Part shown: in pieces, positions 20,552-32,405 of the stretch
Numbering within the stretch: position 1 is the first letter of the stretch
Layout of the letters: every line of letters begins with the position of its first letter
DNA from: Perkinsela sp. CCAP 1560/9
Taxonomy: Eukaryota > Protista > Euglenozoa: Kinetoplastea
Direction of reading: 5' to 3'
NCBI GenBank assembly: GCA_965644495.1
Contig: CBFFSA010000003.1
Coordinates: 124,001 to 188,000 of the forward strand
Length of the DNA: 64,000 nt
The notes under the pieces: model-generated
What the model was told of the DNA's origin: nothing
What the model saw: only the letters and a program-made list of their open reading frames with translations
Databases searched by the model: none
Program-made: the position numbers and the translations under genes

Positions 20552-21511
20552 TCAAATGTTGGAAGAAAATCTTTTATTACCTCCTTCCAGCGGATGGACT
20601 TCTACTTTCTGTTCGTTTCCCTCTGAAACTGCTGCTGGCGGGGCTCGATATGACTTTTTCCACTCTTCGAAACTTTTGGAACGGGTAGGAAAATCTTTTC
20701 TCGGAGTTTGAGTTCCTCGTGTTGTTCCCGAGTACGCATCTTCACCGCCATGCTTCTCGTGTCTCCGGTGACTGTTTGGACTGCTAGGGGCCGTGCGAGG
20801 CCGGGATACTTCCCCAATGCGTGAGGCGTACACTTTGAGAGCTCCCGTAAGTTCATCGATAGTTTGAATTTGTATTCTATTTTGTGAAGCCAACGCTGCT
20901 ATTTCCTGCTCTCGTTTTGCCAAATCTGAATCCCATTTCTCTTCGAAGCGGTGCACGGCTCTTTCAAGAGCTTCAGTGATTTCCGCGTTGGCAGCTAACA
21001 TTTTCTCAATTTTGCGCTGTAGTGCGCGACGTCGCGCAGAAGTGTAATAAATATAAAGTGAGACGATTACGAAAAGAGCAAAACCAAAAATATTGACAGA
21101 GCCAAGATTCCGCATCTGTTCGCGAGTCGAATCTATGAAACTTTCCGCATATTGAGAAAAAACGGCGGTCGATCCCAATGCTCCGTCATTGCATTCTTCA
21201 GAAGTGCCTCCTATCTCGTCAGAACTGCGTTTTGTATTGTCATTCGCCTCCTTATCAACTTTTCGTTCAGCGAATTTCTTTTTCCCCGAGGTAGTTTCCT
21301 TTTCGAAATCTGCTGCGGGTGTCTTAGATTCATGAATCTTGTCAGGTTTGGAATGTACAGGGCCGGTCGCATACCAACGTGTCGAACCGCCCTGCAAGTT
21401 GGAAACACATGAGAAAGGTAGGGCCAATCTGTAGTGGACTTGACAACGCATCTTGCGCAACAAGACGCTTACGTCTCGGATCCCACCCAATTTGCGCGGA
21501 AAATGCTGCAT
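20552..21511 (-). CDS. Hypothetical single-pass membrane protein with coiled coil, probably mitochondrial
   Basis: Likely start MQHFPRK at 21511 (ORF open to 21661); TM IFGFALFVIVSLYIYY followed by a heptad-rich segment. Confidence 0.7.
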   Translation of the reverse strand: MQHFPRKLGGIRDVSVLLRKMRCQVHYRLALPFSCVSNLQGGSTRWYATGPVHSKPDKIHESKTPAADFEKETTSGKKKFAERKVDKEANDNTKRSSDEIGGTSEECNDGALGSTAVFSQYAESFIDSTREQMRNLGSVNIFGFALFVIVSLYIYYTSARRRALQRKIEKMLAANAEITEALERAVHRFEEKWDSDLAKREQEIAALASQNRIQIQTIDELTGALKVYASRIGEVSRPRTAPSSPNSHRRHEKHGGEDAYSGTTRGTQTPRKDFPTRSKSFEEWKKSYRAPPAAVSEGNEQKVEVHPLEGGNKRFSSNI

Positions 21512-22406
21512 TTGTAAATAGTGACTGGTTTTATGTGATAAAAGAGTCCTATGAAATATGAAACCAGATGTTTGAAACAAAATTTTGACGACGGGATTAA
21601 AGAATAGGATAAACATTGTATCGACCATGATCAAACTGTACGCGTGTGCGTTGATGATCATATATTCGGCTTCCAGCTACTTAGCACAACCCAAACAGTG
21701 ATGCTCTCAGTGCAACAAATTAACAGAGACGTTTTGTATTCCCCAGAGAACTGGGTAGTGTGCAAAATCCTTTGCTACACTATATTGCTCTTTGACTGAA
21801 AACTTACATGTTCTAGATCACTACACAACATACTCCCCCTCTCATTATTTTCTATAAATATAAATTATAACAAAACTTAAAATAGATATTTAGATTTATA
21901 ATTATAAAAATTAATGAGAGAGGGTAGGTGGAAGGAGGGTGATATACAACACTTTAGATGATAGGATGAACCAATTTGTTTCGCCGTAAGGATAGATTGC
22001 GGGTAAGCGGGGATGATAATTATGAGATGTTAACTATAAATATTTGCTTAAGCGCCAATAGAGTAATGAAGGGAGGGCTAATGTACAAAAGACGGATCTG
22101 TACTTTCTGGAGAAAATTCTTTCGGTCCCTTCGTCTCCACAAACGTGATTATGCGCTGATTTCTACGAATTTCTTCGTGATCAGCGATGCGCTGCGGGGA
22201 AAAATAAAAGCCAAGCCCGTTGTCCGAAGTGCGGTCCAAACGTTTCGGGGATATAGAAATAATGTACTTTAGAAAACCTTAAAAGGATATGACTCGGAAC
22301 AAAATTATAAAGTTTTGCAGAAATATAAATTTTTGCAAAAAAATACCAAAGGTCATTTACGAAAATTAATGAGAGGGGGAGTACATGTTCTACATTACTA
22401 CAAGAA

Positions 22407-23849
22407 CTACCATTCCATCCCCTGTATTCGCATAGGATATCGTTTCTGAGAGGAGTCCAATTGAATAGGACCAACACTACAAAAGAACGAGGGGGAACGT
22501 TCACTTTCAGATTCAACAGATGCATTCTGTTTATCTGAGTGCAGCCGATCCGTTGAATTCAAATTCGTACTTGTACTCAGTTTAAGTAATCCTCGAACAA
22601 TCGGTGCAGTGTCCGGAGTACTAACCGTTGATTCAAAGAAAAAATGAGGGTTCTCAGAAGTACATTGAATAGGTGTACCCAAAGGACCACAATTCGTCAC
22701 TTTTCGTAACGACTCTGCGCCTGGTTCATACAAGAAAAGATGGAATTCGTCTACCTGAGCCCAATCTGATAAATTTTCAGCGGGTGACGGAGATTTACTC
22801 TCTTCCAACGGTGTGTTAGAGGCACCTTTCAGTCCGTGAAATTCGAATTTCAGACAAAATCGATATCGAAATTGAACCGCATCCGAATCGCTGTGAATAC
22901 ATTTTCCCTGGAATAATATGTTCACCCATGTATTCGTAGATGCGGAACTTTCCATTTTCAATATTTTCAGATCTTCGCAGCGCTGCTCCAAACTTGTTTC
23001 GAACGTTAAACCTTGAGAAGAGTCAGACTTTGTAATGACTTGTCCCGACCCCAAGTCTACATTTTTCTCATGAATAAAATCTTTTCCATTGCAAAACGCA
23101 TCCACAAATGGCATAGTGTCCATCGAAACAGATCTCTCGAATGCAGGAAATCTTCGCAGACCGCCATGGGGTGTACTTGAGGCACCGCAGTGTTCGATAT
23201 TTGCACTCGTAGAGCTCTTGGCTACATCTCTGAAATTTTTGTATGAATTGATGATACCGATTGATGATGATTGGGAGGGGTTGTGGGATCCAGCCGTGAC
23301 TGGAGATTGGCTTTGTGCTTTTGTGCCACAATCCGAGGCGTCTGACTCAGCCGCCTTTTTAGTGAAGAGAGTTGCTGGTGTGGGGGGAAAAGTAGTTTCG
23401 ACGTTGTCAAAGAATTTCATGTCGTGAAATTGCTTGGCCAGCCAAATGGATTTTCGAACCTTCATGCTTGTATCTGTGAGATTACTGTTGAGAGAACTCA
23501 CGAATTCTGCTCTAAAAGCGTCGCGCAGCACTTTTTCAGCTGTAGAAGAAGAAAATCCATCCTTTAAAACTTTCTTTTGGTCGAATGGTGTGCTACCCTC
23601 ACACGATTGCGAGCCGTTATTAGAAGAATGTATTATTTGTGATTCACGATCAAGAATACGTAAAGCAATGGTGGAGATGCATGGGTTTCGGCCTACCAGG
23701 GTCTCTATCATAGCTAGAGATCTGACCCCGATGTTGCTTGACGCCTTAATAAGAGATCGATACAATGAGCATGTCAAAGATCTGTCAAAGGGACTGCTTT
23801 GCGCCAGTTCACTATTGCGCCTCTTTGAACCGAGGAATAAGATGCTCAT
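22407..23849 (-). CDS. Hypothetical protein with a divergent C-terminal ApaG (DUF525)-like domain
   Basis: FRYRFCL...AQVDEFHLFL...VTNCGPLGTP...FFFESTV...IVRGLL...FFCSVGPIQL follows the ApaG strand pattern. Confidence 0.6.
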   Translation of the reverse strand: MSILFLGSKRRNSELAQSSPFDRSLTCSLYRSLIKASSNIGVRSLAMIETLVGRNPCISTIALRILDRESQIIHSSNNGSQSCEGSTPFDQKKVLKDGFSSSTAEKVLRDAFRAEFVSSLNSNLTDTSMKVRKSIWLAKQFHDMKFFDNVETTFPPTPATLFTKKAAESDASDCGTKAQSQSPVTAGSHNPSQSSSIGIINSYKNFRDVAKSSTSANIEHCGASSTPHGGLRRFPAFERSVSMDTMPFVDAFCNGKDFIHEKNVDLGSGQVITKSDSSQGLTFETSLEQRCEDLKILKMESSASTNTWVNILFQGKCIHSDSDAVQFRYRFCLKFEFHGLKGASNTPLEESKSPSPAENLSDWAQVDEFHLFLYEPGAESLRKVTNCGPLGTPIQCTSENPHFFFESTVSTPDTAPIVRGLLKLSTSTNLNSTDRLHSDKQNASVESESERSPSFFCSVGPIQLDSSQKRYPMRIQGMEW

Positions 23850-24076
23850 CGTATTTCTAAGGATGAACTCTTCGCGAATGCAGCTTAATGGTTTCCCGCA
23901 AGGCGTTAGTATTTCTTAGAAATGTCGCTAATACTTCATATGTAACTGCAATATATTTCGCATTAAAAAAGGACTATTCCATAGGTGTATACTTTCTTCT
24001 TTTCCAAGATCATTCAACTAACACCAATAATAATGAGAAAACAATTTTCTCTTTTAGTTATCAACATTTTCTTTTT

Positions 24077-25285
24077 TTATCGCATTGCCTTCTGCATTGA
24101 GTATTTTTCTAATCTGCATTCGGAAAGCAGCTGAAATATCCAGCTCCAAGTAACATCATCTAAATTTGTGTTGTTACGCGGGCACATGTTCAAAAGAGAA
24201 AGAACTTCGTTCATGAATGCAGAAGAGTAGGGAGGTGCGACAACGCGAGATAAAGCCCGAATAAAAGTAAAGAGCATAGAAGAATGTGTTTCCTCACTAC
24301 ATAACTGACCGACAAATAGAAGAACAGGAATGGTAAGACATCGTATTCGAAGTAGTACTAGAAGAGCCTGAAGTACAACATCCGTAAAAAGAAAGGCAGT
24401 GACGTCCACATTGAGAACATAATAAAACAGCGTATGGTATTGTCGAGCGGAAGTCAACCAATACATGACACGCTCTTGTGCATCGCGTTTAAGAAAGCTA
24501 GTGCTGTATATAGTCGGGAATGAACTTTCCGAACAAGTAAGCATCCTTGATAAGGAGGAAACAGCGGGCAATGCGGATTCTCCCCAACAATTCAAAATGA
24601 GCTGAAGGTGCAGACGATCACAAGCTAGCCACGAGTCTTCTTCAGAACTCTTGTACGTGGACATGTATTGTTCTACGGAATTCTCCTTAATGGTTTCGTT
24701 AGCAGCTAATGTTGAATAAAGAAAGGCCTCTGTACCTTCATGTGACTCTTTGGAGGTGATGAAAGGAAATACGGATTCCATGTACGATCGTCGTATGATG
24801 TGACCAGAACATAGTCCATGGGTTCTATTTTTCAATTTTTGAGAGACAAGACAACATGTTCTTACTTCGTCAATTTCAATCGTAGAACCACTTTGCAAAC
24901 AGTTTTGTAGATGAAGGAGAAAAACGAATTCATTGCCATAACAGGCTTGCGTAGCAACTGCGGCGTCTGCAAAAAATGAGACACTCTCTTTTCCCCCCTT
25001 GATAATGTTTGTGGACCTATCGTAAATAGAGAGCAAGCGACATAATAATTCCCCTAAAACCGTGTCACCATATTTCATATAGAAATTCTGCAAAGGTCGC
25101 GGAAGCGGTAGTTCTAATATTTCACTCAAAAAGGATACAGTTTGTTCGCAGGCTTCGTCCGAAAAACTCGGCAAGCTCAGGATAGAGTTTAGGCTGTAGA
25201 ATGCGGACTCTAAAAGAAACTCTGACAGATGTTCGTCCATCGAGTAAGCAGGTACCAGCTTCTGATCTTCTTGGACATCTTCCAT
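24077..25285 (-). CDS. Helical protein with TH1 (NELF-C/D)-like C-terminus
   Basis: IPVLLFV...HSSMLFTFIRALSRVVAPPYSSAFMNEVLSLL resembles the NELF-C/D C-terminal block PVv.yi...D.SLIRYFVTEVLdvIAPPYtSdFV.lfL; ATG at 25285. Confidence 0.6.
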   Translation of the reverse strand: MEDVQEDQKLVPAYSMDEHLSEFLLESAFYSLNSILSLPSFSDEACEQTVSFLSEILELPLPRPLQNFYMKYGDTVLGELLCRLLSIYDRSTNIIKGGKESVSFFADAAVATQACYGNEFVFLLHLQNCLQSGSTIEIDEVRTCCLVSQKLKNRTHGLCSGHIIRRSYMESVFPFITSKESHEGTEAFLYSTLAANETIKENSVEQYMSTYKSSEEDSWLACDRLHLQLILNCWGESALPAVSSLSRMLTCSESSFPTIYSTSFLKRDAQERVMYWLTSARQYHTLFYYVLNVDVTAFLFTDVVLQALLVLLRIRCLTIPVLLFVGQLCSEETHSSMLFTFIRALSRVVAPPYSSAFMNEVLSLLNMCPRNNTNLDDVTWSWIFQLLSECRLEKYSMQKAMR

Positions 25286-25380
25286 CCTGTCACTCAAAAA
25301 ATGGCTATCTCTCTACGGGTACATTACGAAGAAAAATATTTCTTGTATGAGAAGCAAAAAAAAACAAGAATGAAGAGTAC

Positions 25381-25680
25381 TACTATCCCCCCCTATTTAA
25401 TAGGGCTACGTGCGACCCCCCTTTAATAGGGCCATTTTGACTGGAAGGCCAAAATATATTTCAGGGAAGGCCAAAAAGTTTGTCGAATCCGCAGCTAAGC
25501 GGCGGATTTTTTTTCCGTGTCCGCTCCAGCAACAAAAAGTGTAACAAAAGGGAGCAGGACCTTGTTTAACAACGAAAAAAAAGCGCCGATTTTTCTCCCT
25601 CATATTATTTTCCATTTACCCTCCCTTTAAAAGGGCATTTTGCCCAAAGTCGGTGTCCTATTAAATAGGGGGGAATAGTG
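25381..25680. mobile_element. ~300-bp MITE with ~24-bp TIRs
   Basis: Left end tactatccccccctatttaatagg; right end cctattaaataggggggaatagtg (reverse complement cactattcccccctatttaatagg); related solo end at 3969. Confidence 0.85.
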
Positions 25681-26191
25681 CGTCATTCGGTGTGCCTTGG
25701 CATTATTGCGGTATATTTTTGGAAAAATGAGTGAGTCACTCATGACTCACTTCGCGGCGCATTTCCCGTCCGGAAGTATACAGTAGAGGTAGTATACAGT
25801 AAAAGGGGGGATGATTCTTCATCTGTATGAAAACGGAAGTATAAAGGGGGGTGACAGTATTACCTTATTTTCTGGTACTTTGACTATACTTCCATGAATA
25901 CCTGAAATCTTGGCAGCTATTGACAGTCCACAACTGGAATAGTAAGAAATATGCTATATAAATAGCTGTACGAGCAGCTTCCTAGACCAATAGGAATATG
26001 GACAGTATGAATTCACCAGCAAATAATGGTTCTGAATAATGGTTCTGAATTCGCGTCATACTGCAATCATGCTGGGTCCGAGTTACCCAAGATGTTGAGG
26101 CGGCATGTTGAATCAACAGTGAAGTATGAGTTCAAAATAGTGCGAAAAGATTCAGCTTTTCTACTAACATGTTCGCACATTATTGCAAAGC

Positions 26192-26941
26192 CTAGTTCGA
26201 ACTACGATTTCGCACACAAGTGGGTACGTGAGACTTCATATCTGGGAAGGATGGCAAGGTCGCACCACACCATAGACAGTTCATTGGACCGTTCTCAAGA
26301 CCGTGGTACTTTACTTTCTGTGTTTCATCCAACGCTGTGATTCGACCATTAGAAATCAAGTCGTTCCACACGTGTGTGGATTCTAGAAAGAACTGCGTCC
26401 CAAATGAGTTGTAATGTTTCTTCTTTTTCAGACAAGATCCCTGGAGATCCAGCGACATTACATGCATGTGCAGTGGACGCAACGACGGAATGGCATGAAA
26501 CCCGGTGATAAATTTATATTTCGGAAACTGTGACCTTAACCCGTGTTTCAGATGTTGACCGAGTTGCAACATTCCGTGGAGCATATTTACATGGTTTTTC
26601 GAATCCGCACGCAATCGAGTTAAGGTGTCAAACTGCGTGTTGGAAGGCAACACTAGCAGATGATAGCGAGATTTAGGGAATTGGTCGTAGAGCACCAAGT
26701 AGTTCCCGGATGCGAGGTAGAGGGCTCGGGTGTGACCGGTGGATTGGTACTCCTCAACAGCTCTCATAAGTGCGTGGAGTCCGTCGTTTCGTGAAGTGTC
26801 CAGAGGCGGGGGTCCGTTGTAGGCGGGAAGAGGTGAGAGGGTCGGGGCTGCGGTCGTGAAACGACGCAGAGTTGGGTAGTAGGACAGCGAGTTGCTGAAT
26901 GAGCATGCCAATACCCTCGCACTACGAGGGTACACGGACAT
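26192..26941 (-). CDS. APTX: Aprataxin-like HIT-family 5'-AMP deadenylase with C-terminal zinc finger
   Basis: DQFPKSRYHLLVLP, GFHAIPSLRPLHMHVMSLD, KKKKHYNSF, CLWC...KSHV; presequence-like N-terminus. Confidence 0.92.
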   Translation of the reverse strand: MSVYPRSARVLACSFSNSLSYYPTLRRFTTAAPTLSPLPAYNGPPPLDTSRNDGLHALMRAVEEYQSTGHTRALYLASGNYLVLYDQFPKSRYHLLVLPSNTQFDTLTRLRADSKNHVNMLHGMLQLGQHLKHGLRSQFPKYKFITGFHAIPSLRPLHMHVMSLDLQGSCLKKKKHYNSFGTQFFLESTHVWNDLISNGRITALDETQKVKYHGLENGPMNCLWCGATLPSFPDMKSHVPTCVRNRSSN

Positions 26942-27296
26942 GCACAAACAAGAAGAGTATTCGTTTCTGTTGTAGAGATGAGAAAAGCGTAAAATAAAGG
27001 GAGTTAAAATTTAGCATAAGATGTGACGCGAGATCCACTGGTATCTGAAATACAGTGTAGATGTGATCAGAAATACAATGTATGTGTTCTCAAATTGAAT
27101 AAGAGACGTAACATGTCGAGAAGCTTTTTATTTTGATTTTTGATAAAAGTGTCACCGTAAAGTTGAAAGATTTTTCAGCTGTACCTGCCCGTTGCCGAAA
27201 GTGTGGACCAATCAAAGTTTGTAGTGGCCTTCAAATGTATAGGAGTCGAAAAGAACTTGTTCTGTCGCGAATGACACTCGTAAGAAACCGATCATC

Positions 27297-28694
<1,398 letters not shown>

Positions 28695-28873
28695 TTAGAT
28701 GCTAAAAAAAACTAGGTGTATAGCAAAAGATAAGAGTTCGTGCTTTCGTACGTTTCGGATATTCAACATTAAAAGACAACGGCGAGAAGGGATAGAAACC
28801 AGGCGATTTTCTCTAAAAAAGAGTTTTAGTCTTCCAAAACGAGCTATAGACATGAAGTTTTTTTTGCACGAAG

Positions 28874-29398
28874 TCATAGTCTTTGTATTCGAAGCTTTTC
28901 TTTCAATAATTGTGCTATATGCTTTTTTCTCCATGCCTCAATGGGCTGCGCCTCAATCGAATTACGCTCCAATAGAGTCTTGATCTTAGCATCTCTGTCC
29001 GCGTCTGTGGTGCTATACATTCCTGTGCATTTGCGCTCCTCTCGGAGCGTGTCATGGGACCAGCGCAACATTTCCTTCGTGGAGGGATGCGTAAATAAGA
29101 CCCCACCGTCCTCCAGCGCGTACGGAACCCAATGCTTTGACATTGTGCGGTGAACATCCGAAAGAGGACCGTCTCTACTCCCGTTAGGACGCGGTCGTTG
29201 TATGTCATGCCTGGGTGCAATATCCACGGATCTATTTTTTCGAGTTGTCATTTTTCCTACACCATACCCGTAAGGTCCGTACGTGCGATAGGCATGGTTG
29301 TATGACCTCCCTTTTCTTGATCCACTAAGGGGATGCTTTCCTCTATCAATTTGCGTGCTTTTGGTTCCCCGCAATCGAGATATCGAAGCTCGAAGCAT
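28874..29398 (-). CDS. Small basic mitochondrial protein, possibly mitoribosomal
   Basis: MLRASISRLRG presequence, Arg/Lys/Gly-rich N-terminal half; family not firmly recognised. Confidence 0.6.
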   Translation of the reverse strand: MLRASISRLRGTKSTQIDRGKHPLSGSRKGRSYNHAYRTYGPYGYGVGKMTTRKNRSVDIAPRHDIQRPRPNGSRDGPLSDVHRTMSKHWVPYALEDGGVLFTHPSTKEMLRWSHDTLREERKCTGMYSTTDADRDAKIKTLLERNSIEAQPIEAWRKKHIAQLLKEKLRIQRL

Positions 29399-29532
29399 AT
29401 TGTAGAATCTTAAGAATATGATGTTTTTGAAAACAAATTAGTGTTTTAGCATTCAGCTAAGTTTAGCAGATTTGGTTTTGAAATAAAGACGGTGCTGTGT
29501 ATCAAATCCCAAACTCGACAAAAACAAGATTG

Positions 29533-31110
29533 CTATTCGTCAACATAATTGGAATCTTGACTCCCATGTTCTCTCTTTTTTAGAAACCGTGGAAGTAGGG
29601 TAGTGTACGTAAGGGATGCAAGAGATGAAGTAATAATTACTGCAAGCATGCAAACGAGGTAAATATCACTTGCGCGTTGCTTTCCCACCATGAGCGCTTC
29701 TTGTTCCAAGGGATCGTCACAGAACACCTGGTTCTCAAAATATAACAGAGGAACAATGGCTTGAGCAGCTTGCGTAGTTGCTTTACCTCCCCAGAGAATT
29801 GCTGAACACATTCTTTCCGAAAGGCTCACATTTGGAAGAATGAACAATAATAGAAATGTAACGCCGATCCGCGTCATTAGTCCAACAGCTAAGCACGGAG
29901 CAGCCATGCGAAGAAAGCTCCACCTGAAAAGATCACGAAATACTATTTGTGCCCCCACGAGTGCGAAAAGTATCGGCAGTGTGATTTGCTCCCAAATCCA
30001 AATAAAGTAGTATCGCAGCTCTCGAAGCGTTCCGTATTCAAAAGAATTTTCGTTCGTTTCCAGAACATGTACAAGACTTGCACACATGGAGAGCACCGCG
30101 AGAGAAGCTCCACCTACAAGACCTTTTCTACTTCCAAAGAACACAATGCTACAAGAAACGAGCAAGACATAGATGCTAAAAAAGTTTTTTGCGGATATCG
30201 AGGCATCTTTATTCTGACGTTTGATTTGAAGTATCCCAACTCCCACGAGGGCAGTAAACGCGCCCAATAAGATTCCCCCAAAAGTTTGGGCCACAACAAA
30301 CAGCGTAACGAGCTGTGGGCTCCATTTGTTGGTGCCAATCTCCACAAAAAACCCAATCATGGAAATCCCAAGAGCTGCGTCCAGGGAAGACGCTTTCTCT
30401 AGAAGACTCCCGAGCACGGGAGCAACCCCTCGTGAGCGGACATGCGCAACGGAGGCTAGAACGATTGCGGGGGATATCGGAGAGCACAGAAATCCCTGAA
30501 GAAACGCAAACCATGTGTGGTAGCCACAAAAATACTTTGCGACCAGCGCGTGTGTCCCAGCCTCAGCAAGCAAGGGTAGCGTCCCTAACAAAAGAACACT
30601 CCCCCGTGTTCCCCAGAGCGATTTCCACGAGAGGAGCAAACCGGCCCGTAGTAAAATAATGCAGAGCCCAAATTGCTGTACCACACGAGTGACTTGATGG
30701 ACCGTTCGTGATTTCTGAGAGGAGAGAAAGAACAGATTGTTAAACAGTGCCCCGCTTAACAAGATACAAAGTAGTGAGGGCAGCCCGGTAAAGCAGTGAA
30801 CAAGACCGCCTAACAGAGTTGCAACCAGCACAACACAGGAGGTGTCAAAAGGAACCGTTCCTGTAGAGGTGATCTCCGAAGGTAACACATTCCATGCACT
30901 GAACCAAACAAGAGCTAAGAAAAGGATTCGAATCACAAGACATGCGAAATCGATACGTACGCCGTTACCATGCACAGTCACGATGCAACGAGCAAGTGGT
31001 TGGCATTGTACACTCCAACGGGGCTGTGTGGAATCCGAGAACGTGGTCTTCGGACAGTACCATGGGGTAATGCTGTCCTTATGAGGACAGAAGACATTCT
31101 CCTCAGTCAT
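29533..31110 (-). CDS. Na+/H+ antiporter, SLC9B/NHA family
   Basis: IILLRAGL, GFLCSPISPAIV, ASSLD, ILFALVGA, KATTQAA; many TM segments; ATG at 31110. Confidence 0.88.
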   Translation of the reverse strand: MTEENVFCPHKDSITPWYCPKTTFSDSTQPRWSVQCQPLARCIVTVHGNGVRIDFACLVIRILFLALVWFSAWNVLPSEITSTGTVPFDTSCVVLVATLLGGLVHCFTGLPSLLCILLSGALFNNLFFLSSQKSRTVHQVTRVVQQFGLCIILLRAGLLLSWKSLWGTRGSVLLLGTLPLLAEAGTHALVAKYFCGYHTWFAFLQGFLCSPISPAIVLASVAHVRSRGVAPVLGSLLEKASSLDAALGISMIGFFVEIGTNKWSPQLVTLFVVAQTFGGILLGAFTALVGVGILQIKRQNKDASISAKNFFSIYVLLVSCSIVFFGSRKGLVGGASLAVLSMCASLVHVLETNENSFEYGTLRELRYYFIWIWEQITLPILFALVGAQIVFRDLFRWSFLRMAAPCLAVGLMTRIGVTFLLLFILPNVSLSERMCSAILWGGKATTQAAQAIVPLLYFENQVFCDDPLEQEALMVGKQRASDIYLVCMLAVIITSSLASLTYTTLLPRFLKKREHGSQDSNYVDE

Positions 31111-31267
31111 ACACGTTTTTCTACTCACGAAGTACCATACGAAATCTCCTTGTCACCGAATTCAGAAGAGGGACATTGTTAATGGGCACCGGGAAGAGCA
31201 CGTGACGCGAGCATTGAAGCGTATCGAAAGAGAAATGCCCACTGATCTAAAAAATACATTGTGGTAT

Positions 31268-31404
31268 TACGGTGATTCTAAATATAAGGTGGTTTATAAC
31301 CGCCGTTCTATCCTCGATGATTGAAAACAAAGAGACAAAACGGCAAAAAAAGGAGTAACACAATAAAAGAATATAAACCGCCGTGTAGTTTACTGTACAC
31401 GGTA
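31268..31404. mobile_element. Possible degenerate short MITE
   Basis: tacggtgattctaaatataaggtggtttata vs reverse-complement end taccgtgtacagtaaactacacggcggtttata; the match is imperfect. Confidence 0.25.
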
Positions 31405-31557
31405 ACTGGGTATAGACACACTAACATTTTCACAAAAAAGTAAAAAAATACAGTTTGAATCGCATTGGGGTGTTTGGCAATGCGAATTATTAACACTAGC
31501 CCTATAAAATGGCATAGTCCAACAGCATACCTTGATGCAAAATTGAATCACTCCGAT

Positions 31558-32229
31558 TTATGAAGGGTATGCGGGATGCGTGCCTTGAATAACAAGTGAA
31601 CTGCCTTGTAAAATCAAGCGTTCCATTTTTTCAGGCAAATCCGATACGTCCACTTCTCCTTCAAAATTATTGTTTTGCAAGTAAAGCATTCGAAGAGTAG
31701 AAGGCAAATTATGAAAAGATAATTGACCGGAAAATTTATTTTCATGGAGCCACGCATTTTTAATTTCTGGTGGTAAGTCCTGAAGCACTATTGTCCCGCT
31801 TAGTTTGTTGCGATATAAGGATAGCGTTTTAAAAGTTTGTGGAAGAGAGCTAAGAACAAGTTCTCCGTAGAACCCGCATGCGCTAGCGTATAAAACCTCC
31901 AAGAAATTTGGCAAGGCCATGTAATCTATTGTTTGACTCAAAATGTTTTCAGAAAGCCTTAGTGCTGTCAGGTGGCGGGGTAAGAAGCTCCAAGCGACAG
32001 TACCCTTCAAGCCTTTTCTTAGCCAAGAAATTTCCTTTACGTGTCCCGATTCATCGCACCTAACACCCTCCCATTTGTCAATGGGAGTCGTCGCGTTCCA
32101 ATTGTATACCGGGTGCGTCACGTTTTGCAGAAACCTGCAGAGCTGAAGCTCGGGAGCCATTGTGATTTTACTTACTTTACCGAGACGAGAGGTAGAATAC
32201 GAGTCCGCAGATAAACAGGTGGCTGCCAT
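31558..32229 (-). CDS. Leucine-rich repeat protein with a W..WEGVRC N-cap
   Basis: Repeats of LP..L..L.L..N.LSG.I.L.. with a plant-type LRR N-cap. Confidence 0.9.
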   Translation of the reverse strand: MAATCLSADSYSTSRLGKVSKITMAPELQLCRFLQNVTHPVYNWNATTPIDKWEGVRCDESGHVKEISWLRKGLKGTVAWSFLPRHLTALRLSENILSQTIDYMALPNFLEVLYASACGFYGELVLSSLPQTFKTLSLYRNKLSGTIVLQDLPPEIKNAWLHENKFSGQLSFHNLPSTLRMLYLQNNNFEGEVDVSDLPEKMERLILQGSSLVIQGTHPAYPS

Positions 32230-32405
32230 TACTGTTCTAAAGATATCAGTAGTAGACTTGGATGCTGCTTTATGTGTTTACAGTAAGATATTTAATTACG
32301 GTATCATTTCATTACGGTGTCATTTATTAATAGATGGTGAATTAAGAAATAAAACGTTTACAAGGCACAACTCTATGGCGTAATCTACTCTAAAGGTGCA
32401 ACGTT

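Noticed and set aside
25725-25860. gtgagtcactcatgactcac hairpin and gggggtgacagta end next to the MITE
   Set aside because: Possibly another MITE fragment, but no partner TIR or second copy is visible in the window.
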